A stretch of 64,000 nt of DNA from Candidatus Poseidoniales archaeon (GCA_038110525.1 JAYNJV010000005.1:4892-68891), one strand, 5' to 3'; shown: positions 20,101-29,882, numbered from the stretch's first letter. The notes: generated by a model from the letters alone, not told the origin. Numbers and translations are program-made.

Positions 20101-23100
20101 AGGTGATATTTCGAGTGATAGCACCACCTGCTGTTGCCACTTGAAGAGGTTGGGCTCGTCTTAAGACAAAGTCATCGACGCTGTTGTATTGCCCGTTGTT
20201 CTCAAATCCAATCAATCCTTGATTGGTTGTTAACCAAAAGTGCGATGACGTGACAATACCTTGGCGGACTTCATTGACGCCTTGAGGGGGCAAGGCCAAG
20301 TTGAGAATAGAGTGTGAACTTGTTCGAGATTCGAGCATAGCGATACCATTGTTTGAACTGATGGTCACAATTTGGTTCCCATTGCTCATCATGTCACGTG
20401 CCGGCCACCAAGAATTGAGATTCGCAAACCCCTGCCCCTCTTCAAAATCTCCACTGCTGCTGTTCCAGTGAATCATCTGTTGAGAGTTGAAGGCCGAAAT
20501 GTGGACGCCCCACCAATCGCTTGATAGTGCGATGACTACATTTGATGGAAGTTGGTCAAATTTATGTGTTGAATCAACGGTTGGAGGTGAAGTGCCAATG
20601 TCAAGAATACTCACCCCAGGTCGTTCATCGCCCCGTCCATCGTGTGAAACAATGAGGCTGATTGAACCATCTGAATTTGTTCTAGGTGCAAACATCCATG
20701 ATGAGTCACCGTCGAGTCCTTGGGCTTGTCCAATGGTTTGCATTTGGCCAGCCCCTTCATCAAATTCAACGATCCCATTTGCGGTAGCAAAGTACACCAG
20801 AGAGCCCTGTCCAGTTCCTGAACCACCGACATAGACATCATTGACGACAGCGGCAGGTAAACCATCAGCGGTTGTTATGGAATCTTCCCAATCTGCTGTT
20901 GTGTAGTTCCAAACACCAACGCCATTATCTGTTGCAATATACATGTGTGTTGAACTTGAACCGAATCCATTGACAATATTGGAGGGTAAACCTGCAATGA
21001 GTCTACCCGTCGTGAAGGACTGTGAACCAAGATTGAAACGCTGCACCCCAGGACTTGAACCAGATTGTGCTGCTAGTCCAATGACGAGTTCATTTCCATA
21101 GCGGACAATACCATCGAGATTTTGATGTAGGCCACCATTGATTTTTTGCAATTGCCCATTCGAAGTGAGTTTGAACAGTCCATTTTCAATCGTCGAGAAG
21201 TAGATGTCTGAATTGACCATTTCAGCATCGTATGCGACTGCACGTCCAGGGAATGTCCACCCATAATCCCATTCAATGGTACCGTTTGGCAAGAAATGAC
21301 CTTTGAGGACACCTGTTGCTGCAAATGAATTTCCAGTGCCACCATTTGTGGGGCGAGTCGTGACATAGACGTGTGTTGAATTGCCTGTAATGGTGCCTAA
21401 TTGTCCACTTACAATACCGGGAAGGTCAAGCAAAACTTGTTCTCCAAGAATAGAAATATTTGACACTCGACTGTATCCAGATGATCCGCCAGCTTGTCCC
21501 ATCAACCATGAGGAACCAAGCCACTGGAATGATGTCGCAGATGAACCACCACCTCGAACTGTTGCTTGACCAGTGGTTGCTCCGTTGGAAGTGAAAATTG
21601 AATATCCACCTGCAATATCATTACCGACGCCGTGTCCAACGATGAGACGCCCATTCGCCCAATCCAAGCCATCGTACCATACAAGGTCAGTAGGTAATCC
21701 GTTTGCCGAGGTTGTGATTTGATTGAGCCATTGTTGAGTAGCGTAACTATACTTTGAAATTCCTTGGTTGTTGTTGTAAAATCCTACATACAGTGTTTGC
21801 GATGAATCACAAGTGACCGATGCAACACCGAATCCACCAAAGTCAGACCGTTGGAACGGCGAGACAGTACTGGACTGATTGTTGTTAATGTTGAACCGAG
21901 CAATTGAACCAGTACCTTGGTACATAGCCATGTGGAGGTATCCACCGCACATCGTAGCAGATATTGGATATCCGTTTGGGATGTTGTTGGATTGACTGCT
22001 TCGATGAAGAGTTGTGATGTTGGTAATGCCGTTGATATGGGTGACTACACCTTCTTGGAAGAAGTCACCACCGCCAAAGTTGCCGTAGATGCCACCACCT
22101 ATGATGAGGTGGTTTCCATCGGTCCATAATTCAAAGAAATGAGACCCTGCATTATTGGGAAGCCCACTTCCTTCTGTCCATGTGGAAAGCCACTGTGAAT
22201 TTTGTTCATCGTATCGAAGGATTCCATCTTCAGATGCAAAGAGGGTTGCCCCCTTCCATTCGACGATGCCCCGAATGGGGAAATCAAACTGAGTCCAGGA
22301 ACCCACAAGTGTGTAACTTGAATCATAGAGTTCAAGTTTGGTTTCGCCCCAAGCGACCCAAGTGTTGCCGTAGCTGCTCTTGTAAGCAGTTACACGGTCA
22401 ACTTGCCCTTCGGGAAACACACTTGTTCCCCAAGAATTGTTTGATGTATTCCATAATGCAAGGCCTCCTGAACCCTCAGCATTCCACCATTGGCCAGAAG
22501 CAACAGAAGCGATGATAATGTCACCTATCAAACCAAGTCCGTAGATGACTCCGCCATTTTCGTTCACTTCAGGGCCCGCATCTAAGAGTGTCATTTGACT
22601 AAAATTAGCCACATCGATACGACCAATGGAATCAGAATTATCGCTTCTGTAATACATAACGTTGTTGTGAATAATCATCTGATAGGGTTCGGACGTTCCT
22701 GTGTAGAGGTTACTGTTTCGTTCGATATCGTAGACTTCTTGTCCAGATGTGACGTTAATGAGTTGGAACCCATCTCCGCCTCCAATCCAAAGATGATTTG
22801 GGCGAATATCGGCAACAAGTCCGGACACATCCTCATTACCATTATCGAGAACATTGTCAAGCGTGTAGGGTGTCATCCATTGATTGGTTGATAATTCGTA
22901 TCGAAGAACGCCAAACCCATTGATGCCAATGTAGGCGACGTTTCCAATAATCTCAACGACAGCATTTCCAGATTGACCAAAATCATTTTCCCAATTTTCC
23001 GACCAAGTAAATGATGATTTGTCGATGAGTCCAGCACCGCTAATAGTGCCGCCAAAGACCGTTGTTGAATTGGTTCCTACACTGTAAACTGCCCAATTTG

Positions 23101-25525
23101 GCATCCCATCCGGTTGATTAATGCAATCTTGAACTGCAAGCGAACTTAATGTGTATTTGCAAAGCCCAATATTCGTACCCGCGTAAATGGCATTTCCTTC
23201 GACCATGAGGTCAAAAAATTGTGATGGGCGTGTAGACCAACTGCTTCCCAAACCGAAGGATGACGCTGATTGGCCATCCCATCGACGAGCCCCTTGCTGA
23301 GTTCCAATGTACAAATTACTTCCATCTGAGGTGAGGGCATAGACATTTGCTGAAGGAAGAATAGCGAATCGATTTCCACTATTTCCTTGAGCTGTGACCA
23401 GCGGCTGAATAATTTCATTGAGCGACAAGTCCTTGCGTGCAACACCAAATCCTGGAAGCCCTAAGTGAAGGATATCGCCGACAAGAGCAACTGGAGCAAA
23501 ATCAACACCGTTCACACCAGTCGATGTCCATGGTTGTAAGAATGATGTGGAACTGATGTTGTAGCGTAAGACACCTTCATCTTCTGATGCGATGTAAATG
23601 ATTTGATTGTGAATCGCAACATCGAGCAGGAATGAAGAGTCAAGACCGTTTTGGGTGTTAAAGACATTCCAGCCTGCGTTTGTTGTTGTGTGGTCGATAT
23701 AGGCCATCACTCCCGAAGCCACAATCACCAAGTTCGTTGTATCCACAGCACATCCTGCAAGTCTTGAACCGGTTTGTTGGCTGCTTGAGTAATATGTTTG
23801 AACTTGTCCCGACGGTGATATCTTTGAAACATCTCCATTTTCAAAACAGACAAAGATGGATTGCCCATCAGTTCGTAGATACGTGATACTGTTTTGATTT
23901 TGATTACCGAGGTTTGATAGCGGAGTATCCCATTGAGCAGATGCAACATTGTATCGGTTGATGAGGCCATCTGCACCGACATAGACAATTCCGTTTAACT
24001 CCACAATGCCAGTCATGTCACCAGAGGTTGGCCCACTTGCCAACACAATCTCAACAAAAGTAGAACTTTGGTCGGCGTTATAGGCAATCAATCGACCAGA
24101 ACCGTCATTGATGATCACTGGGGACCACGTGGGTCCAAATTCGCCACCTGCGGGCCATGAGAAAAGGCTTTGTCCATCACCAAGAAGCCCAAAGGTTGAC
24201 GACAATCCGTAATTTCCGCCACTGACGAAAACGCCACTTGTGAGGTTGTAGGTTTGCAGATTTTTCCCATTCAAGATGTACAATGTACTCGAGTTGAGGG
24301 CTAAACCACCAACATAATTTGATGACAACCAATTGCCGCTGTTCCAACTCGAAAGCCAAAATCCTGAATTCCAATCGTATCTGCCAATCCCACTATCATG
24401 AGATGCCATGAAAATTTGGTTTCCAACCACGAGGAATTCAGTCACCGAATCCGAATGCAAGTTGTTGGCCGTGGACCATTGAGACCTGACATTCCCATTG
24501 GAAATATCGATGGCTTGAACACCAAGATTTGCATGTGAAACATAGAGTACGCCATTGTTGACGAGCATAGCAAGACCATCGTTCGATCCTGAATTTTGTT
24601 GACCGCTTGTGACCCAAGTTGATGTTGAATTGCTTTGTTGAAGAGAAGCTACACCGCCTGAATATGTGGCCCACCAAGTTTGCCCATCGTGAATAAATTT
24701 ATTGAAGATATAATTGGCAGGGGCGTGCGGTAAACTGCTTTGAATTGAATTATCGAGGAGTGCTAATGCTGAAAAAGTACCATCTGCATGCAAAATGTGC
24801 AAAAGTCCTGACGAAGCCTCGCTTTCAAGGTCGAGAATCCTTTCTTTTTGGAGGTCAATGACATCAAGAATTGAAGATGTTGCTCCATTAAAGCCCAAGA
24901 CAAGAATTGAGGTCCCAATCGCCAAGTACATTTTGTTATCATTTACATCAAGTTCTGAGTCAGTAATTTGAACTGTGACCTCCCTAAGAGAAATCGCAGG
25001 GTCAGCAGGAGAGAGCGCTTCGATAATCATCGTCGTAATTTCTGCATCGGTCGGCAGTGTCACTTGTGCACCTGAGAAACTATTCGGACTGAGTTGACCT
25101 GATTTTGTGGAGGATGCTGGAGAGCCATCGAAGACATTTGTTTGACCGAGAGTCCCCCAACCTCTCATATCGACGAGATTGGCATTGTTTTGTTGTCCAA
25201 TAAAGAGATGTGGTTCATCAATGATGATTCCGTCTTCGCCACGAACTTGGATTTCAAGGTTAACATTGGATACTTCTGCACCTGGTGCAAAGGATAAGTT
25301 CCACGTTGCTGATGCTTTTGTTCCGATGGTTGGATTAGCACCAGTGGTCGTCAATTGAACCCATCCTGTATCGTTGCTTCCCTCTGTGGGCCACACAACA
25401 TCACCGGGGACCGAATGTGCTTGAACAGGTGCGAGGAGACCGAGTGGAATCGTTGTACTCAAGACCATAATGGCAATCATAAGAACGGCTGAAAACGCTT
25501 TGTTATTCGGAGAGCGCTCCATCAT
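17189..25525 (-). CDS. giant (2,778 aa) type-I cell-surface protein: signal peptide, many Reg_prop-like beta-propeller blades, FN3/Ig-like modules, C-terminal TM anchor, Q/P-rich cytoplasmic tail
   Basis: Uninterrupted 8.3-kb ORF. Signal-like N-terminus FSAVLMIAIMVLSTTIPLGLLAPVQAHS. Recurrent blade motif G(I/V/L)xRY(D/N/E)xxxxxW. Repeated DDGG...W....DFSxY modules. TM segment LLLAIGLALLLLIILIMVV, then a 103-aa tail. Confidence 0.85.
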   Translation of the reverse strand: MMERSPNNKAFSAVLMIAIMVLSTTIPLGLLAPVQAHSVPGDVVWPTEGSNDTGWVQLTTTGANPTIGTKASATWNLSFAPGAEVSNVNLEIQVRGEDGIIIDEPHLFIGQQNNANLVDMRGWGTLGQTNVFDGSPASSTKSGQLSPNSFSGAQVTLPTDAEITTMIIEALSPADPAISLREVTVQITDSELDVNDNKMYLAIGTSILVLGFNGATSSILDVIDLQKERILDLESEASSGLLHILHADGTFSALALLDNSIQSSLPHAPANYIFNKFIHDGQTWWATYSGGVASLQQSNSTSTWVTSGQQNSGSNDGLAMLVNNGVLYVSHANLGVQAIDISNGNVRSQWSTANNLHSDSVTEFLVVGNQIFMASHDSGIGRYDWNSGFWLSSWNSGNWLSSNYVGGLALNSSTLYILNGKNLQTYNLTSGVFVSGGNYGLSSTFGLLGDGQSLFSWPAGGEFGPTWSPVIINDGSGRLIAYNADQSSTFVEIVLASGPTSGDMTGIVELNGIVYVGADGLINRYNVASAQWDTPLSNLGNQNQNSITYLRTDGQSIFVCFENGDVSKISPSGQVQTYYSSSQQTGSRLAGCAVDTTNLVIVASGVMAYIDHTTTNAGWNVFNTQNGLDSSFLLDVAIHNQIIYIASEDEGVLRYNISSTSFLQPWTSTGVNGVDFAPVALVGDILHLGLPGFGVARKDLSLNEIIQPLVTAQGNSGNRFAILPSANVYALTSDGSNLYIGTQQGARRWDGQSASSFGLGSSWSTRPSQFFDLMVEGNAIYAGTNIGLCKYTLSSLAVQDCINQPDGMPNWAVYSVGTNSTTVFGGTISGAGLIDKSSFTWSENWENDFGQSGNAVVEIIGNVAYIGINGFGVLRYELSTNQWMTPYTLDNVLDNGNEDVSGLVADIRPNHLWIGGGDGFQLINVTSGQEVYDIERNSNLYTGTSEPYQMIIHNNVMYYRSDNSDSIGRIDVANFSQMTLLDAGPEVNENGGVIYGLGLIGDIIIASVASGQWWNAEGSGGLALWNTSNNSWGTSVFPEGQVDRVTAYKSSYGNTWVAWGETKLELYDSSYTLVGSWTQFDFPIRGIVEWKGATLFASEDGILRYDEQNSQWLSTWTEGSGLPNNAGSHFFELWTDGNHLIIGGGIYGNFGGGDFFQEGVVTHINGITNITTLHRSSQSNNIPNGYPISATMCGGYLHMAMYQGTGSIARFNINNNQSSTVSPFQRSDFGGFGVASVTCDSSQTLYVGFYNNNQGISKYSYATQQWLNQITTSANGLPTDLVWYDGLDWANGRLIVGHGVGNDIAGGYSIFTSNGATTGQATVRGGGSSATSFQWLGSSWLMGQAGGSSGYSRVSNISILGEQVLLDLPGIVSGQLGTITGNSTHVYVTTRPTNGGTGNSFAATGVLKGHFLPNGTIEWDYGWTFPGRAVAYDAEMVNSDIYFSTIENGLFKLTSNGQLQKINGGLHQNLDGIVRYGNELVIGLAAQSGSSPGVQRFNLGSQSFTTGRLIAGLPSNIVNGFGSSSTHMYIATDNGVGVWNYTTADWEDSITTADGLPAAVVNDVYVGGSGTGQGSLVYFATANGIVEFDEGAGQMQTIGQAQGLDGDSSWMFAPRTNSDGSISLIVSHDGRGDERPGVSILDIGTSPPTVDSTHKFDQLPSNVVIALSSDWWGVHISAFNSQQMIHWNSSSGDFEEGQGFANLNSWWPARDMMSNGNQIVTISSNNGIAMLESRTSSHSILNLALPPQGVNEVRQGIVTSSHFWLTTNQGLIGFENNGQYNSVDDFVLRRAQPLQVATAGGAITRNITSQTHVGQTISLIDSTNPLQLNLAGDVTGPHNTQFSTMPLMFTSPVDNAMVWTQLVDLKYNAIINLSNDVNLQSNLQYAIDSGMLLNNTQHVSLTLQSPQNGSILIRLSYDFIRRDTPIQMNSLYDRPDDGGSTLMVEWSLIHDPDFSQYLVFINEGPWSIAPTELDLSQRTPDKIISLHSRTSTDVSTANGQSLVDGTDYYALVVTQYNDGRWGNIPSQIGPASPSDEIPRPPLWAMAQPHLNGADGEIELEWARCTALDLASTNVYVSKSQFNDVVGLKAHSTFDVNEGNTSIITLTPQTPYWIGFTCEDESGQENKSDVTVIGPIVPTGDLNDEQAPPPVEGTSAEDVPDDEGGRIVVRWNESTASDCSFYAVYMSPWDIDVELPDIEQGDVTSFSQATIVSPCDETEVIINQLDGIPLVDGRMYAIGVVAFDAWLNADLTAVTLVTATPLQNVVGKGSIPDRITNIMAFDHPDDDGTAIDVIWSPSEADDFSSYTIWVADKPLNDISWLYASRGTNAETCGCFTFSKQWIDEKTNPIELTISTGLYGGQDLLATTPQLIKPDIKLYVVVTVHDLKGNVHVDDLIQATVTPIDNINDNTPPNRLDSVEISDVPNDDGSAIFVDFDLSDASDISSYEIYGATWAFSDVSVGGDGPTTPLVVLHRAPELPVRIELLAGDTPILAGLDIWIAVVAVDASGNAYKSNLLVAQGQSIDNGGFSANDPLSKPTDVKVSWVNEKDILVQWQNPVDDRVDGMRIYILNEGYSTTDEADFVIEIAGATSFVINNEIYPDLVNTSRWYIAVAPFNTLGMEKDVIPVVLNSVEDSTGSTNQDSDETEFSINALMSQELLLAIGLALLLLIILIMVVRGRGGSGGSSRVSKDWELQESTWGIETNSDWNETGYGSPQSTQVPEQPQSYQQVGAYGREVYQPAQPVLQPVQQPTQQFSQPTQNPQQYTPSTIDTSFLDDLL

Positions 25526-25545
25526 GAAAAAATTTGCAGTCTAAT

Positions 25546-25553
25546 GATATTTG
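25546..25553 (-). promoter_or_regulatory. candidate archaeal TATA box for the giant surface-protein gene
   Basis: The minus strand reads CAAATATC, 21-28 nt upstream of the ATG at 25525. This is compatible with a leaderless or very short-leader mRNA. Confidence 0.3.
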
Positions 25554-25682
25554 AAGCCATTCCTTCGATGACTCTTATTATCTTCTTGACATCAACATCA
25601 AATCGATAGAAACGCGTTGGTTCTCATCATTCATTCGCAATCCTCATACATGAAGTGAGCACGGCTTTTGAAAAGTGATGCT

Positions 25683-27992
25683 ATGAATCGACGTCAAAAA
25701 GAATCTCGACTCAAAAAAGAAGCATTGGAATATCACGAAGCGGAACCCCGTGGTAAAATCAAAGTTGTGCCTACAAAACCGCATTCAACTTCGCATGAAC
25801 TGAGTTTAGCCTACTCACCAGGTGTCGCCTATCCCTGTCTTGAAATAGAAAAGGAACCAGAGAACGCTTACAAGTACACATCCAAAGGGAATCTTGTCGC
25901 CGTCATCAGTAACGGAACTGCTGTTTTAGGTTTGGGTAATATTGGCCCTCTTGCAAGTAAACCAGTGATGGAAGGAAAAGGACTGCTCCTCAAGACATTT
26001 GCAGGTATTGATGTCTTCGACATAGAAGTCAGCACTGAAGACCCCGATGAATTTGTACAAACAGTGGTTAATATCTCAAAGACATTTGGTGGAATTAACC
26101 TTGAAGACATAAAAGCTCCAGAATGTTTTGAAATTGAGAAAAGAATTGCAGAAGCAACGGATATTCCAGTGATGCATGATGACCAACACGGAACTGCAAT
26201 TATTTCTGGTGCTGCTTTACTCAATGCCTGTGAATTGCAAGGGAAAAAGTTGGGCAAAGTCAAGGTTGTTGTCGTAGGTGCTGGTGCATCGGCAATCGCT
26301 TGTGCCAATCATTATGTCGCACTCGGTGTTGACATGAACAACATCACAATGGTGGATAGCCAAGGCATCGTCACGACATCACGGGTCAAAAAAGGTGAGG
26401 TGAATGAATACAAGCAACCATTTGCCCAAGACAGAAAAGATGGGGACCTCAGTGAAGCACTCGAAGGTGCAGATGTCCTTCTTGGACTGTCAAAAGGTGG
26501 ATTGGTTTCGAAGGACATGGTGGCAAAGATGGCTGAGAAACCAATTGTGTTTGCCTTGGCAAATCCAACGCCAGAGATCACTCCAGAAGAGGTCATGAAA
26601 GTAAGGAAAGATGCAATTGTTGCAACTGGAAGGTCGGATTATCCTAACCAAGTGAACAATGTTCTTGGATTTCCTTACATTTTCCGAGGTGCCCTTGATG
26701 TACGTGCCAGAGATATCACACAGAACATGAAAATGGCTGCAACAAAAGCCTTAGCACAATTGGCAAAGGAACCTGTTCCAGATTATATTTCAGAAGCATA
26801 CGACGGGGTCACGATGCAATATGGTCCTGAATACATCATTCCCAAACCTTTCGACCGACGAGTTTTGATTTGGGAGGCAGCAGCCGTGGCCCAAGCGGCA
26901 ATCGACGAAGGAATTACTGGAGTAAAAGCCGAGGAGTTTGACATCAAAGCATACCAAGAGGAACTCGAGGCGAGGCTTGGAGAAACATATTCAGTCATGC
27001 GGCAGGTCATCAATCAAGTACGTAGGAAAAATAAGAAAATTGTCTTCCCTGAAGGTGATAATGAGAAAGTGATTCGAGCGGCTGCACAATTATATGAAGA
27101 GAAAATTTGCCATCCTATCTTACTCGGAAAAGTCGATCGAATTCAAAAGATGGTCGAAGATTTAGGACTTCAATTTGAGTATGAAGTGTACGATCCGCCC
27201 AACGATCCGAGAAGAAAAACAACGTATGCAGAAGCATTTTTCAAAAGACGGCAACGAAAAGGAGTTACTTTGGCCGATGCCCAACGAATAATGAGAAGCC
27301 GGCCATATTTTGCAAGTCAAATGGTCATTCAGGGCGATGCAGATGGTTTCGTCGGTGGTGTGAGTCGAAATTATGCTGATGTATTACGCCCAACACTTGA
27401 ATCAATTGGGAAAAGCACCAACAGCCATTGTGTAATTGGATGCTACATGATGAACATCAAAGGCAAAACAATTTTCCTCGCTGATGCTACAGTAAATGTA
27501 TATCCAGATGAAAGGACGCTTGCGGAAATAGCCGTTCAAACTGCGAAGGTGGCAAGGCGCTTTGGTGTCAGTCCAAGGGTAGCCATGCTATCGTTTTCGA
27601 ATTTTGGTTCGACAAGAGAAATCCGAACAAATCGAATCGAAAAAGCACTACAAATAGCGAAGGAACTTGACCCTACCCTTGTAATTGACGGCCCAATGCA
27701 AGCGGATACCGCACTCAATACAGATGTTCAGCAAGATTATCCATTTATGGCATTTAATGGTCCTGCGAATGTTCTGATCTTACCTAATCTTGCGGCTGCA
27801 AACATCGCCTACAAATTACTCGAAGAATTAGGTGATGCAGAAACGACTGGACCGATTCTTGAAGGGATGAAATGCCCAGTGCAACTTGTTGCCCAACAAG
27901 ATGGTGTGAGACATATCTTCAACATGGCCACAATTTGTGTCGCAGATGCCATTCGAAAGGAATCTGTTTGGGATCAATTCTCATCTGAATAA
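25683..27992 (+). CDS. maeB: NADP-dependent malic enzyme, MaeB type (malic enzyme domain plus C-terminal phosphate-acetyltransferase-like domain)
   Basis: LSLAYSPGVA, VISNGTAVLGLGNIGP, FGGINLEDIKAPECF, HDDQHGTAI, VVVGAGASAIA, and a PTA-like C-terminal half of about 330 aa. ATG at 25683. Confidence 0.85.
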   Translation: MNRRQKESRLKKEALEYHEAEPRGKIKVVPTKPHSTSHELSLAYSPGVAYPCLEIEKEPENAYKYTSKGNLVAVISNGTAVLGLGNIGPLASKPVMEGKGLLLKTFAGIDVFDIEVSTEDPDEFVQTVVNISKTFGGINLEDIKAPECFEIEKRIAEATDIPVMHDDQHGTAIISGAALLNACELQGKKLGKVKVVVVGAGASAIACANHYVALGVDMNNITMVDSQGIVTTSRVKKGEVNEYKQPFAQDRKDGDLSEALEGADVLLGLSKGGLVSKDMVAKMAEKPIVFALANPTPEITPEEVMKVRKDAIVATGRSDYPNQVNNVLGFPYIFRGALDVRARDITQNMKMAATKALAQLAKEPVPDYISEAYDGVTMQYGPEYIIPKPFDRRVLIWEAAAVAQAAIDEGITGVKAEEFDIKAYQEELEARLGETYSVMRQVINQVRRKNKKIVFPEGDNEKVIRAAAQLYEEKICHPILLGKVDRIQKMVEDLGLQFEYEVYDPPNDPRRKTTYAEAFFKRRQRKGVTLADAQRIMRSRPYFASQMVIQGDADGFVGGVSRNYADVLRPTLESIGKSTNSHCVIGCYMMNIKGKTIFLADATVNVYPDERTLAEIAVQTAKVARRFGVSPRVAMLSFSNFGSTREIRTNRIEKALQIAKELDPTLVIDGPMQADTALNTDVQQDYPFMAFNGPANVLILPNLAAANIAYKLLEELGDAETTGPILEGMKCPVQLVAQQDGVRHIFNMATICVADAIRKESVWDQFSSE

Positions 27993-28822
27993 ACGCCCAT
28001 TTCAAATGAAATTGTGGGTCGCCGGGGTCGCCAAATTGCTCCACTAACAAATCCTGCAACAAGGCCACCAAACAGTAAATTTGGCCAGTCAGATATTGCA
28101 TAATCTTGCATTCCTCGCATGATGGGAATCAAAAATGATGGGATAATGCCAAACAGAGAAATCCATAACAATTCTGAACCTAATGTTGCACGAAAGTCCG
28201 CATTTTTTGGCACGACCTTTGGACTCTCGGTTCTTCGAGGGGAGAGTACAATTCGAGCAATGACATTTGGTAAATTCCGGTCGATTGGAACAGAAGTGAG
28301 GGCAGTCACTCCCTTTTGTTTTGGGTGAACGGCGATGGCAGCAACTTGGGCAGAAGCTGGTCCAATCAGCGTATTCGGTCGAGGCCTCCCATCCATCATT
28401 GCACCACGATTTCCCATCATTGGGGCGTCACATAACAATTCAGTCTTTCCAGGGCTGGTGATGATGTGATTTTGTTCGTAAGCACACTGCCATTCGGATA
28501 AAGAAGGTAACCGAGCCTCCAATTGTTCTTGTTCTAAGAAGTCTGCAACGCCTTTGTCTTGACAGAAGTGCTCAAGAATTTCATGTGTTTCTAAAAAATT
28601 AAGCGATTCATAATCTCCTTGTGAATCATCAATTTTAGTGTCGAAGAGTTTTCCAAGGTGATGATGTTGAATTGGTGATTCAAGAATGAAATACTCGGGT
28701 AGTTGAACTTCATACCTCGGCCGCTGATTTGCATACATCCATCCCCCCTTGTCACTACCGATATAGCAGGACTGGGCTTGAACTTTTACAAATGTAAAAT
28801 CCAAAAATGTGAGGCGTTCCAC
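27974..28822 (-). CDS. divergent FGE-sulfatase (SUMF1)-like domain protein with C-terminal TM helices
   Basis: YIGSD...RPRYEVQLPEYFI and ARLPSLSEWQCAYEQ resemble the FGE-family blocks (xRLPTEAEWEYA). Two C-terminal hydrophobic helices. GTG start. The similarity is weak. Confidence 0.35.
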   Translation of the reverse strand: MERLTFLDFTFVKVQAQSCYIGSDKGGWMYANQRPRYEVQLPEYFILESPIQHHHLGKLFDTKIDDSQGDYESLNFLETHEILEHFCQDKGVADFLEQEQLEARLPSLSEWQCAYEQNHIITSPGKTELLCDAPMMGNRGAMMDGRPRPNTLIGPASAQVAAIAVHPKQKGVTALTSVPIDRNLPNVIARIVLSPRRTESPKVVPKNADFRATLGSELLWISLFGIIPSFLIPIMRGMQDYAISDWPNLLFGGLVAGFVSGAIWRPRRPTISFEMGVYSDEN

Positions 28823-28831
28823 GATGATTCC

Positions 28832-29524
28832 TCATGAAACTAAATTCATCATACGTGTGTACCACGCCATTCCTCGTTCATGGCTAGTTAAAAGAGAAAA
28901 TTGCTTGAAAGGAGAGATTGAACGCATATATCCGAAGGCTGCAAAATCGACTAAATCAGGCGTTGAACCTCCAAAGAAAGCATTCTCACCCACCTCAGAT
29001 GTGAATTCATCGAGAAGGTCATGCCATAGTTTCTGCGGACTTCTTCCATCCTTTTTGACCCGAGAACGTGCAATAATGCCCCACATGATAGGGAAACCTA
29101 ACCAAGCATACATTCGTCGAGAAAAAAAACCGAATTTTTCTTCTTTGGAGACTCTTCTGGTGGTGCTTAATGCAGAAAAAAATCCACCGTAGAGAATAGG
29201 AATTGTTGCTTTTGATAATTTTGAATCGCACCACTCAAGCCATGAATCTTGTCGAGATTGCTCCGAGCCTGATTGCAATGAGCCTTGGTTAAAAGTGTCA
29301 TCTAAATGTTTCATTATTGGAGTAGAATCAACAAAATGTTTGCCGTTGGCATCGGTAAACACCGGTACTTTATTCCAATCTTCAACGAATTTCAATTCTT
29401 TCTTGGCTCGAAGTCCATTGATTCCATGATAGTTTACATCAAGTTTGAGATACTCAATCATTCCTCGAACTTTCCAACAAAAAGGGCAGGTATAGAGTAG
29501 GTGTAGGGTTCCATCGTTGCCCAT
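28832..29524 (-). CDS. glutaredoxin/GST-fold protein (prostaglandin-E-synthase-2 / Grx2-like)
   Basis: N-terminal LYTCPFCWKVR (CPFC) with KVPVF...DSTPI, followed by a helical GST-C-like half. Confidence 0.55.
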   Translation of the reverse strand: MGNDGTLHLLYTCPFCWKVRGMIEYLKLDVNYHGINGLRAKKELKFVEDWNKVPVFTDANGKHFVDSTPIMKHLDDTFNQGSLQSGSEQSRQDSWLEWCDSKLSKATIPILYGGFFSALSTTRRVSKEEKFGFFSRRMYAWLGFPIMWGIIARSRVKKDGRSPQKLWHDLLDEFTSEVGENAFFGGSTPDLVDFAAFGYMRSISPFKQFSLLTSHERGMAWYTRMMNLVS

Positions 29525-29558
29525 ATCCGCCCCAAGAAATGTACCTTCTTAAGCCTCA

Positions 29559-29882
29559 TCAATTCGTTTCATCTTCATCAAATTTCCAGCCAGGTTTCCA
29601 AAATTCAAGATTGTCCAACCAACTCAACCATTCATCGTCGTTGCAGGTCATGAGCATCTCTGCCCTATTTTCCAAACCTTTCATGTTGACCTTTGACAAA
29701 GTTCCCTCTTCATGCGAACGTTTCCATTCTAACCTGAAGATTTCAATTTGTTCACGTCCCTGTTCAGGTTTGTCGTAATGTCGTTCACATGATTCGCGGA
29801 GTTCGGCCAACCAAATCGTATAGGTTTTGAGAATTGGGTCATTGGAATAGGTCTGCTTTTTAGACCAAAATTTCCACCACAT
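29559..29882 (-). CDS. hypothetical Trp-rich 107-aa protein
   Basis: ATG-initiated ORF filling the gap. No motif recognised. Confidence 0.4.
   Translation of the reverse strand: MWWKFWSKKQTYSNDPILKTYTIWLAELRESCERHYDKPEQGREQIEIFRLEWKRSHEEGTLSKVNMKGLENRAEMLMTCNDDEWLSWLDNLEFWKPGWKFDEDETN

Noticed and set aside
17217-24677. About 30 short ORFs (60-115 aa), on both strands and in other frames, inside the giant surface-protein gene.
   Set aside because: All are nested in a single 8.3-kb uninterrupted frame with coherent repeat architecture, so they are shadow ORFs.
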